A stretch of 64,000 bases of DNA from Candidatus Eiseniibacteriota bacterium (GTDB lineage Bacteria; Eisenbacteria; RBG-16-71-46; CAVPCR01): the NCBI GenBank assembly GCA_963702435.1, contig CAVPCR010000002.1, positions 448,001 to 512,000 of the forward strand, given 5' to 3'. The notes beneath the pieces were generated by a model that saw only the letters and a list, made by a program, of their open reading frames with translations, had not been told where the DNA came from and did not search any database. Shown piece after piece: positions 51,177-59,686 of this stretch. Every line of letters begins with the position of its first letter. Position 1 is the stretch's first letter. The translations under genes were made by a program, and so were the position numbers.

Positions 51177-52133
51177 ATGGGAGTTTGCCGCGCCGCGCCC
51201 TTTCTTGCCACGATGATCCTCATCGCGACCCACTCCCCTCTGCTGGCTGCATCGCCAGCACTGCCGCGCGTCGAGGACGGGCGGATCCTCCTCCCCGCGT
51301 CCGAGCCGAGGGCAGTCTATTGCTCCTACCGTACGTCCGCCGACCCGACTCCCGAGCTGGCCCGCCGGCTCTTCGACCTCGTCGAGAGGGGACGAGTCCT
51401 CCCTAAGAACCCCAACCTCGACACCGCCGGCCCGCAGCTCTTCGCGGTGTGGGGTGACGGATCGTCCTTGTCCCTCCAGATGTCCGTCGCGTCCGACACT
51501 GTCGCGTTCACTCTTGAACTTCCCGAGGGCAAGGACGGCGACGACGACGCGAGTGGGGCGCTCCTTGCGCCAGGACTGGTGAGCGCGATTGAGGCCCTGC
51601 TCGAATGGCGGCCTTTCCTCGTGCACGATGTGCAGCCCATCCGTCGCCTCGACTTCCTGAACTGGCAGGGGCGCCGCTTCGCGTGCCGCGATGAGGAGAT
51701 CCTCGCGCGCCTTACCGAGGCCTTCCAGACCGCCCCCTCGTGGCCAAGCGCCTGTCCATTCTGGAATCACCTGCGGCTCGAGACGGACGCCGGCATCCTC
51801 TTCTGCTCGCTCGTGGCCGACGGGTGCTACGGCTCGCTGCTTCTCGCTCCGCCCTCCCCGGAGCTCGAGCGAGCATGGAGGAGGGGCGGCAGGGCCTTCG
51901 AGCGGGCCATGGCGTCGAAGTGCACGCAGTACGCAATCGGGGCGGAAGCCTATGAGATCTTCAACCGCCTGGCGCACTCGCGCCACACGTCGCTCGAGTT
52001 CGGCCACCCGCTGTACGTGCCGCTCGATGTGGTGTCCTTCCTCCTTGAGTGGCTGTCGGAGGGAATCGCCGGCGCTCTGCGGCGGGTCCAGGCTTCGGGA
52101 GACACTGGGATCGGCGTGACGAAGTCGGATTGA
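51177..52133 (+). CDS. Secreted hypothetical Cys-containing protein
   Basis: CCAGGAG RBS, signal peptide, 318 aa; paralog nearby. Confidence 0.72.
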   Translation: MGVCRAAPFLATMILIATHSPLLAASPALPRVEDGRILLPASEPRAVYCSYRTSADPTPELARRLFDLVERGRVLPKNPNLDTAGPQLFAVWGDGSSLSLQMSVASDTVAFTLELPEGKDGDDDASGALLAPGLVSAIEALLEWRPFLVHDVQPIRRLDFLNWQGRRFACRDEEILARLTEAFQTAPSWPSACPFWNHLRLETDAGILFCSLVADGCYGSLLLAPPSPELERAWRRGGRAFERAMASKCTQYAIGAEAYEIFNRLAHSRHTSLEFGHPLYVPLDVVSFLLEWLSEGIAGALRRVQASGDTGIGVTKSD

Positions 52134-52333
52134 GGGCGAGGGCGAGGGCGAGACGTCGGCGGCGGCGACCGACTGCCGCCGGAGCATCGCATCGTCCCCG
52201 GCGAGTGCGCATCCCACCTCTGGCAACGAAGTAAGCGAAAGTGACAACGGCGTGCGCACGCCTGCTGGTCGCCAGGTCGCACGAGCTTTGAGGATGCCCG
52301 AGAACGATCACCTTGGGCCCGCTCCGATGCCGA

Positions 52334-52347
52334 GGCACGATTCGTGC
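52334..52347 (+). promoter_or_regulatory. Sigma54-type promoter upstream of the repeat array
   Basis: aGG-CACGATTCGT-GCaa (GG-N10-GC). Confidence 0.6.
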
Positions 52348-52422
52348 AATACCTATTAGTCCGGCGGGCATCCAGCTCGTGCGACTCGCTTGACACCGGA
52401 CTCCGCGGCTACCGAGGAGGGA

Positions 52423-53086
52423 AGTTCACAAGACCCGACAGCGTTTGACGCCAGCGAGCACCGTGGCCAGGTGGGGCTACGGCGGGCGCCGCGCGCAGGC
52501 GGGTCGGCAAGCAGAGTTCACAAGACCCGACAGCGTTTGACGCCGGCGAGCACCGTGGCCAGGTGGGGCTACGGCGGGCGCCGCGCGCAGGCGGGTCGGC
52601 AAGCAGAGTTCACATCACCCGACAGCGTTTGACGCCGGCGAGCACCGTGGTCAAGGTGGGGCAGCGGCGGGCGCCGGCGAGCAGGCGGGTCGGTGAGGAG
52701 AGTTCACATCACCCGACAGCGTTTGACGCCGGCGAGCACCGCGGCCAAGGTGGGGCTAAAGGCGGTCGCCGCGCGCAGGCGGCTCGGCAAGCAGAGTTCA
52801 CATCACCCGACAGCGTTTGACGCCGGCGAGCACCGCGGCCAAGGTGGGGCAGCGGCGGGCGCCGGCGAGCAGGCGGGTCGGCAAGCAGAGTTCACATCAC
52901 CCGACAGCGTTTGACGCGGGGGCCACTGGCCGAGGCACCGGGGCGAGAAGTTCACAAGACCCGACAGCGTTTGACGCGGGGGCCAGGGGCCGGGCGGGAC
53001 GACCGCCCACCCCGGACTCGGCGGCCACCGGGGAGGTGAGTAGTTCACATCACCCGACAGCGTTTGACGCCGGCGAGCACCGCGGC
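52423..53086 (+). repeat. Non-coding array of eight 29-bp cores AGTTCACAWSACCCGACAGCGTTTGACGC
   Basis: Cores at 52423, 52515, 52607, 52701, 52795, 52889, 52949 and 53042; periods 92, 92, 94, 94, 94, 60 and 93 bp. Confidence 0.95.
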
Positions 53087-53104
53087 CCCGCAGGGCGGCC
53101 CGCC

Positions 53105-55411
53105 CTACAGGCCGACGAGGTTCAGGAATCGCGCTAGCACGCGCTTGGTGAGCCCCCCCGCGAAGCGCACGGTGAGACGCGCATCGGGGCCATGGCCCTC
53201 CTGGCCGACGACGACGCCGCTTCCGAACTGCGCATGCACCACGCGCGCGCCGACGATCCGGGTCACACCTTCCTCCCCGTCGGGCTCGACCACGCGTCGC
53301 TCGACGGTACCGGTCGAGCCGGTCGAGCCGGCCGCCCGCGGTCGCCCGAGCGAACCGCGCGGGAGTTCCTCCGCCCGGTAGCGCCGCGGCATCCCGGGCC
53401 GTTCCTCGTCGCGCTCGCGCCCGCGCCCGGCGAACCGCCCGCCGCCCCGCGCCGGCGCGTAGTCGCGCGCGTAGCCCGAGAAATCGCTGACCTCGAGCAC
53501 ATCCGGAGGAAGCTCATGCACGAAATCGGATACCTCGGCGCTCATGTAGCCGCCCATCCTCCGGCGCTCGCGCGCCGCCGACAGCGTGACCCGCCGCTCG
53601 GCGCGGGTGAGCGCGACGTAGAAGAGCCGCCGCTCCTCCTCGAGCTGGCGCGGCTCGTCGAACGACGAGGCGTGCGGGAAAAGCCCCTGCTCGAGCCCGG
53701 CGACGAAGACGTACGGGAACTCGAGGCCCTTTGCATTGTGCGCGGTCATGAGCGTGACCCGCTCCCCCTCGTCGCTCATCCGATCCACGGCGGCGACGAG
53801 CGCCACCTCGGCGAGGAAGCCCGCCACGGTCGGATCCCCGGTCACCTCGGCGTAGTGTGCGGCGGCGGCGACGAGCTCGTCCAGGTTCTCGCGCCGCGCT
53901 CCCGCGGTGTCCGGATCCTCCTCCTCGAGGTGCGCGAGATAGCCGACCGCATCGATCACGGCCACGATGCGATCCGCGGCCGGGAGCTCGCGCCCCTCCT
54001 CCAACCGCGCGAGAAGGCGCGCGAACTCGGCCAGGTGCTTGACCTGGGCGGTCCCGAGCTCGGGGATCTCGCCGAGCCGAGCGCACGCCGCGCGGAGCCC
54101 GATCCCGGCGCTCCGCGCGAACAGCGCCACCCGCTCGAGCGAGGTCGGCCCGATGCCGCGCTTCGGGACGTTCACGATGCGGGCGCAGCTCACGTCATCG
54201 CCCGGGTTGTCGAGGACGCGCAGGTAGGCGAGGATGTCCTTCACCTCGCGCCGCTCGTAGAAGGAGATGCCGCCGACCAGATCGTAGGCGATGCCGCTCC
54301 GGCGGAGCGCCGCCTCGAGCGGGCGCGACTGGGCATGCGTGCGATAGAGGACGACCGTCCCGCCGTAGCTCGCCTCGCCGCGGCGGACGAGCGCCTGGAT
54401 CTCGCCGACCACGGCGTCGGCCTCGCGCTCCTCGTCGGGGAACATCCAGAGTCGGATCGGCTCCCCCACTTCGTTCTCGGTCCACAGCTCCTTCGGCTTC
54501 CGGCCCGTGTTGCGCGCGACAACCTGGTTCGCGGCGCGCAGAATGGTCTTGGTCGAGCGGTAGTTCTGCTCGAGCCGGATGACGGTCGCATCCGGATAGC
54601 TCTCCTCGAAGGAGAGGATGTTCCGGATGTCGGCGCCGCGCCAGCCGTAGATCGACTGATCGTCGTCGCCGACCACGGCCAGGTTCCGCCGCCCCGAGGC
54701 GAGAAGCGAGATCAGGACGTACTGCGCATGGTTCGTGTCCTGGTACTCGTCGACCAGCACGTGCGCGAAGCGCTCGGTGTAGCGCTCGAGCAACGCCGGT
54801 TCGCGCCGGAAGAGCTGGATCGTGCGCAGGATGAGATCGTCGAAGTCGAAGGCATTGGCGGCTGTCAATCGCCGGTCGTACTCGCGGTAGATCCTGGCCG
54901 CCGTCCGCTCGAACGCCGAGGCCGCCCCCGCCTCGAACGCACCGTGATCAACCAGGTTGTTCTTGGCCCTGGAGATCAGCCCGTGCACGACCTGCGGCCG
55001 ATACTCGCGATCCGACAGCTCGAACGCCTTGAGACACGCCTTGACCAGAGCGACCTGATCGTCCGCGTCGTAGATGGCGAAAGAGGACGTGCGCTCGACC
55101 AGCTCCGGATGCGCCCGCAGCACCCGCAGGCAGATCGCGTGGAAGGTGCCCACCCAGAGCCCGGGCACGTCGCCGATCAGAGCGATGATCCGCTCCTTCA
55201 TCTCGCGCGCCGCCTTGTTGGTGAAGGTGAAGGCGAGGATCGCGCGCGGATCGAGGCCGCGCGCGTGCACGAGATGGGCGACGCGATGGGTGAGCACCCG
55301 TGTCTTGCCGCTCCCCGCTCCGGCGAGGACGAGAAGCGGCCCGTCCCCGTGGACGACGGCCTCCCGCTGCCGGTCGTTGAGCTTCTGCAACAGGCTGTCT
55401 GCGCTCGTCAT
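53105..55411 (-). CDS. pcrA: ATP-dependent DNA helicase PcrA/UvrD
   Basis: LAGAGSGKT, FTNKAA, VDEYQDTN, QSIYGWRGA, QNYRST, HNAKGLEF, EERRLFYVALTRA; C-terminal Tudor-like domain. Confidence 0.97.
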   Translation of the reverse strand: MTSADSLLQKLNDRQREAVVHGDGPLLVLAGAGSGKTRVLTHRVAHLVHARGLDPRAILAFTFTNKAAREMKERIIALIGDVPGLWVGTFHAICLRVLRAHPELVERTSSFAIYDADDQVALVKACLKAFELSDREYRPQVVHGLISRAKNNLVDHGAFEAGAASAFERTAARIYREYDRRLTAANAFDFDDLILRTIQLFRREPALLERYTERFAHVLVDEYQDTNHAQYVLISLLASGRRNLAVVGDDDQSIYGWRGADIRNILSFEESYPDATVIRLEQNYRSTKTILRAANQVVARNTGRKPKELWTENEVGEPIRLWMFPDEEREADAVVGEIQALVRRGEASYGGTVVLYRTHAQSRPLEAALRRSGIAYDLVGGISFYERREVKDILAYLRVLDNPGDDVSCARIVNVPKRGIGPTSLERVALFARSAGIGLRAACARLGEIPELGTAQVKHLAEFARLLARLEEGRELPAADRIVAVIDAVGYLAHLEEEDPDTAGARRENLDELVAAAAHYAEVTGDPTVAGFLAEVALVAAVDRMSDEGERVTLMTAHNAKGLEFPYVFVAGLEQGLFPHASSFDEPRQLEEERRLFYVALTRAERRVTLSAARERRRMGGYMSAEVSDFVHELPPDVLEVSDFSGYARDYAPARGGGRFAGRGRERDEERPGMPRRYRAEELPRGSLGRPRAAGSTGSTGTVERRVVEPDGEEGVTRIVGARVVHAQFGSGVVVGQEGHGPDARLTVRFAGGLTKRVLARFLNLVGL

Positions 55412-55566
55412 TGCCCGAGTGTCGTCAACGGGGAGCGGCGACGCAAGGACAAAGGACGCCGGGACGGGCGACGCGATCTGCCCTCGCAGGCGAGTTTCGC
55501 CGGCCGGCGCGCAAGCATGCATCCACGACAGCAAACACCGGCCGGCGAGTGTCTGAGCCAGCGAGG

Positions 55567-55752
55567 GCAGACGCGGAGCCCGGCCCTCGAGACGCAGAGC
55601 CCGACGCTCGAGACGCGGAGCCCGGCCGCACGCCGCGGAGCCCGGCCGCACGCCGCGGAGCCCGGCCCTCGAGACGCAGAGCCCGACGATCGAGACGCGG
55701 AGCCCGGCCCTCGAGACGCGGAGCCCAGCCCGCACGCCACGGAGCCCGGCCC
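55567..55752. repeat. 20/21-bp tandem repeat (about 9 copies)
   Basis: Units such as GAGACGCGGAGCCCGGCCCTC and ACGCCGCGGAGCCCGGCCGC between tamB and pcrA. Confidence 0.85.
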
Positions 55753-55780
55753 CTGGATCGCCTCGCATCGGCTCTGGCGC

Positions 55781-58700
55781 TCAGAACTCCCAGCGCAGAT
55801 TCAGATCGAGCGTGTACTGCTGGTCGACGTCCTTGTTGCCGCGGCCCTCGGCGAGGCCGCTCCGGAGCACCGAGCCCTTGAGGTACGCGATGCGGCTCAG
55901 CTCGTACTCGGCCGACACGTCCTGGGCCGAGCCCGAGGAGAAGCCCTGGTACGCCGACAGGAACAGCTCGGGCGCCACATACGTGCCGACGCGCGCGCCC
56001 CAGGTCGGCTCGGCACCCTCCTCGACCGTGCGCGACTCGACCCGCACCGAGAGCCCGGGGATCTCGCGCGCCAGGCTCCGCTCGAGATCGCGCATGAAGG
56101 GCGTGAGCGCGACGCTCGTCACCTGCTCGGCGTCGGTCGGTACGAGGAAGCGCCAGAGCGTGCCCTGGTCGTAGTCGGGATCGGACGACAGGACCACCTG
56201 GCGGTCGGCGGCGGTGCCGGTGATCGTGGCGAATATGCGCGCCTCGGGGATGCGGGTCTCGGCGCTCACGTTGACCTCGGGATCGACCGCCTCGGGGTTC
56301 GTGAACTCGACCTCGCCGCTCGTGATGCGGAAGGTATGCCCGACCAGGTCGTAGCGCCCGCGCACGGTCTCGAGCCGCCCGAGGACGATGCGACCCGCCA
56401 CGTCGCGCTCGTAGGTGAGCTCGCCGCGGAGCTCCACCTCGAGATCGTTGTTCCGGATCCAGGCGTTCCGCGGCAGCTCGAGCGTGAAGGTGCCGACCCA
56501 GCTCGACGGCCCCGGCTCCTCGGCGTGGCCGCCGCCCACGATCTCGCGCAGGTAGTCGAGACGGCGGACGCTCACGGCGCCCGAGTAGTCGGGCAGCCCG
56601 GCGCGGCCGGCCACCGCGCCTTTCTTGAAGGTGAAGCGGCCGTCGATCGTGGCCATGTAGGCCCCGGTCTCCCCCACCTCGTACTGCTCGAGATCGAGCG
56701 TGACCTCGTAGCCGGCGAGACGGGCTCCGGTCACGTCGAGCACGCCGCGAGCCTTGAGCCGGCCCTCGTCGCCGTCGGTGGCCGTCAGCTCACGGAACTC
56801 GATGTGTTGCCCGGCGAAGACGATGCGGGCGGCCACGTCGGTCATCACCTCCTCGCGGCCGCGCACGACGACCCGCCCGTCCCGGGCGTCCACGGTCCCG
56901 GAAAGGGCGGGTGCGGCAACCGTGCCGCCGAGCCGGACCTGTCCGTCGATGCGCCCGTCGGCCTCGGCGATGCGATCGGTGAAGAGGGTGGCCACGGCCA
57001 GGCTCGCCGCCGTGAGATCCACGGTCAGATCGAGCTCGCGCTCCCGATCGATCGCGGGGACGGCGAGGAGGCTCAGGCGGACCGGGGTGCGGCCGCTCAC
57101 GAAGAGAGGCTTGCCGAAGACACCGAGGCGCGACGCCGCCACGACGAGCGTCCCGTCCTCCAGCCGCCCGGTCACGGCCACCGGCGAGAACTCGTGATCG
57201 GCGATCGTGACGCGGTCGCTCGCGAGCTCGAGCGTCCCGTCGGGAGCGGCGAGCGACCCGCGCACGGCGGCGGTGATCGCCACCACGCCGCTCGTCCGGT
57301 CGATGCGCGGATCGAGCCCGTGCCAGCCGGCGAGGTCGAGCGCCGGGGCGGTCAGGTCGAGGTCGGCGGTGGCCGCGGCCAGCGACTCCTTCGTGAAAAG
57401 CCGCGGCACATCGCGGAATCCGGCGGGACTCGGCGTGAAACGGATCGACCCGGTCGCCCCGATGTGCCCGCCGCGCTCGAGGTCGAACCGCTCGATCGTG
57501 AGGGTCGGGCCGGACAGGCGGCCGGCGAACGCGAGCTTCCGGGCCCTGAAGCGGCCTCTCGCCAGCGAATCCACGGTCGCCTCGGCGGCGAGCTCGAAGC
57601 CGCGGCCGCCGCCGCGCGCATCGAGACGAAGATCGAGCGTGCCGCCGAGGCCATGCCCGCCGCCGAGGGCGGCGTCGAGCGCGGCCAGGTGGAAACCGTG
57701 CGCGACGACCTCGAAGTCGGTGGCCACCCCCGCCCCGTCGATCACGCCCGACGCCGCGAACGCACCGTGCTCGCCCATCAGCCGGAACGCCGCGAAGTCC
57801 CAGCTCGAGCCCCGGCGCGCGATGCGCAGGGGTTCCGTGTTCGCGAAATCGAGCCCCGCGAAATCGAGCGCCAGCGTGTCGAGGGCGAACAGGGTCGCCT
57901 CGCGCTGGAACTCGATCGTGCCGGCGCCGCGGAGCGTGGCGGCCCCGCGCGTCGCCATGAAGCGCTCCGCGCTGATCGTGCCGCCGCCGTAGGTGAAGGC
58001 GACGGCGAGCGAGTCGAGCGGCTGGCCGGCGAGCGTGCCGCCGCCGGCCTCCGCGGCGAGGTCGCAACTGAAGCGAGGGCGGATGGTCCCGTTGGTCACG
58101 CGCACGGCGACATCGCCCAGGCGGAACGGGCCGGCGATGAGCGAATCGAGGATCCCATCCAGCGCGAAGCCCGGCGCGCGCACGGGGCCCGCGAGCTCGA
58201 GGTGCAGGTCCCCGGCGCCGCCGAAGCGGCGCTCGCCGAGCATGCCGCCGAGGAGGACCAGGTCGTCGACCTCGAGGTCCTGGACGAGCGCGAGCTCGCC
58301 GCGCGGATCGATGCGCCCGGCGCCGCGGATCACCGCGCCGTTCGTCGTCACCTCGTACGATGCGAGCTCGATCACCCCACCGGCGCCGATCGTGCCCTGA
58401 AAACGGCCGGGGTAGAGCGCGAACCCGCCGACATCGCCGCCGCTCACGTGGAGATCGAAGGACCGCCCCGCTCCCGCTCCGGCGCCGATCGTCAGGGTCC
58501 CGCTCATCCGCCCCGGCGGCAGCCAGGCCAGCTCGCCGAGGAGCGCGATCTCCTTGAAATCCAGCCCCTCGAACACGAGCGTGCCGCGCGTCGCGGCACG
58601 CTCGCCGCCGAGCCCGATCGTGGCCTCGCCGCGGAGCGGGATCCCGTTCACGGCGAGCACGAAGCGCTCGACTTCGAGCACGCTCGCCGCGACGCGCCCC

Positions 58701-59671
58701 TCGACGGCGAGGCCGGTCACGCGATCCGCGCCGAGCGCCCCCTCGCCGCGGAACGCGGCGCGGAGATCGCGCCACGGACCATCGACGGTCAGCGTCCCGC
58801 GCACCCACCCCGGCCGCGCGAAGTCGCTCCGGCCGAACGCCGTCGCCAGATCCGCGGCGAGGAGCGGCTCCACCGTCACGTGGAGAGCGGCGCCGCCCTC
58901 GGGATCGAGGTCGCCGTTCACGACCGCGTGCGAGAGCCCGAGGCGTAGGTCGAGGCGCTCGAGCGCCACCTGGCGGCCCGTGACCCGGACCCCGCCGCGC
59001 ACGGCGACGGGGGGGAGATTCCCGGCCCGGGCGGCGAGCGAGTCGATGCGGGCCGCGACCCGCCCGCTCGCCGCATCGAGCGCCGACACGAGCGAGAAGG
59101 TGACTGGCGGCCAGGGCGCGCGCCCCCGGGCGGTGTCCTGAGCGGAGGGAATGGACGCCGGCGCCTGCGTCAGGGTGGCCTCCTCGACCCGCAGCTCGTC
59201 GATCGCGAGCCCGAAGCGGCCGCTCCCGGGCACCGGTCCGCGCCGCGCCTTGAGCCGCGGCCAGGTCCCGCCGGGAGCCGGCAGCATGATGATCGGCTCG
59301 ACCAGCCGGAGCGCCCGGAGGCGCGGGGTGCGGCGCACGAGCTCGGCCGGCTCGTAGCGGAGCTCGACCCGCGGCGCGATGAGGAGGGGCCGCCAGCCGG
59401 CTTCCCCGGCGGGCGCGCCGCGCGCTCCGCGCACGTCGATGCGCAGATCGTGGATGACGAGGCCGCGGAGCGGGTTACCGCTCACGTCCCCGATGCGCAC
59501 GCGCGCCGATTCCGGATCGAGCTCCTCGCTCAGGAGCTCGGCTGCGGTGCGCGCCAGCTCGGTCGAGCCGACGGTGCGCCGGACGATGGCGACCGCCGCC
59601 ACCATCGCGCCGCCGACGATCGCCAGCGCCGCGATGATGAGGAGGAGATGACGACCGATCCGGAGGATCAC
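55781..59671 (-). CDS. tamB: Translocation and assembly module TamB (AsmA-like, DUF490)
   Basis: N-terminal TM anchor, long beta-rich body, C-terminal DPEVNVSAE...LSSDP; downstream of an Omp85 gene. Confidence 0.85.
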   Translation of the reverse strand: MILRIGRHLLLIIAALAIVGGAMVAAVAIVRRTVGSTELARTAAELLSEELDPESARVRIGDVSGNPLRGLVIHDLRIDVRGARGAPAGEAGWRPLLIAPRVELRYEPAELVRRTPRLRALRLVEPIIMLPAPGGTWPRLKARRGPVPGSGRFGLAIDELRVEEATLTQAPASIPSAQDTARGRAPWPPVTFSLVSALDAASGRVAARIDSLAARAGNLPPVAVRGGVRVTGRQVALERLDLRLGLSHAVVNGDLDPEGGAALHVTVEPLLAADLATAFGRSDFARPGWVRGTLTVDGPWRDLRAAFRGEGALGADRVTGLAVEGRVAASVLEVERFVLAVNGIPLRGEATIGLGGERAATRGTLVFEGLDFKEIALLGELAWLPPGRMSGTLTIGAGAGAGRSFDLHVSGGDVGGFALYPGRFQGTIGAGGVIELASYEVTTNGAVIRGAGRIDPRGELALVQDLEVDDLVLLGGMLGERRFGGAGDLHLELAGPVRAPGFALDGILDSLIAGPFRLGDVAVRVTNGTIRPRFSCDLAAEAGGGTLAGQPLDSLAVAFTYGGGTISAERFMATRGAATLRGAGTIEFQREATLFALDTLALDFAGLDFANTEPLRIARRGSSWDFAAFRLMGEHGAFAASGVIDGAGVATDFEVVAHGFHLAALDAALGGGHGLGGTLDLRLDARGGGRGFELAAEATVDSLARGRFRARKLAFAGRLSGPTLTIERFDLERGGHIGATGSIRFTPSPAGFRDVPRLFTKESLAAATADLDLTAPALDLAGWHGLDPRIDRTSGVVAITAAVRGSLAAPDGTLELASDRVTIADHEFSPVAVTGRLEDGTLVVAASRLGVFGKPLFVSGRTPVRLSLLAVPAIDRERELDLTVDLTAASLAVATLFTDRIAEADGRIDGQVRLGGTVAAPALSGTVDARDGRVVVRGREEVMTDVAARIVFAGQHIEFRELTATDGDEGRLKARGVLDVTGARLAGYEVTLDLEQYEVGETGAYMATIDGRFTFKKGAVAGRAGLPDYSGAVSVRRLDYLREIVGGGHAEEPGPSSWVGTFTLELPRNAWIRNNDLEVELRGELTYERDVAGRIVLGRLETVRGRYDLVGHTFRITSGEVEFTNPEAVDPEVNVSAETRIPEARIFATITGTAADRQVVLSSDPDYDQGTLWRFLVPTDAEQVTSVALTPFMRDLERSLAREIPGLSVRVESRTVEEGAEPTWGARVGTYVAPELFLSAYQGFSSGSAQDVSAEYELSRIAYLKGSVLRSGLAEGRGNKDVDQQYTLDLNLRWEF

Positions 59672-59686
59672 CGCAGTTTCCCTCGA

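Noticed and set aside
49087..52200. Integron cassette array
   Set aside because: The gene content is cassette-like, but I found no attC sites (RYYYAAC...GTTRRRY) and no integrase.
52423..53070. CRISPR array
   Set aside because: The linkers are about 64 bp and mostly near-copies of each other rather than unique spacers, the core is not clearly palindromic, and there are no cas genes in the window.
52390..53137. Short repetitive ORFs over the array
   Set aside because: The 92/94-bp periods shift the frame in each unit, there is no RBS, and the peptides are repeat translations.
53192..58948. 1918-aa plus-strand ORF, and similar long antisense ORFs such as 455-3208 and 9922-13182
   Set aside because: Shadow frames opposite well-supported genes, expected in very high-GC DNA.
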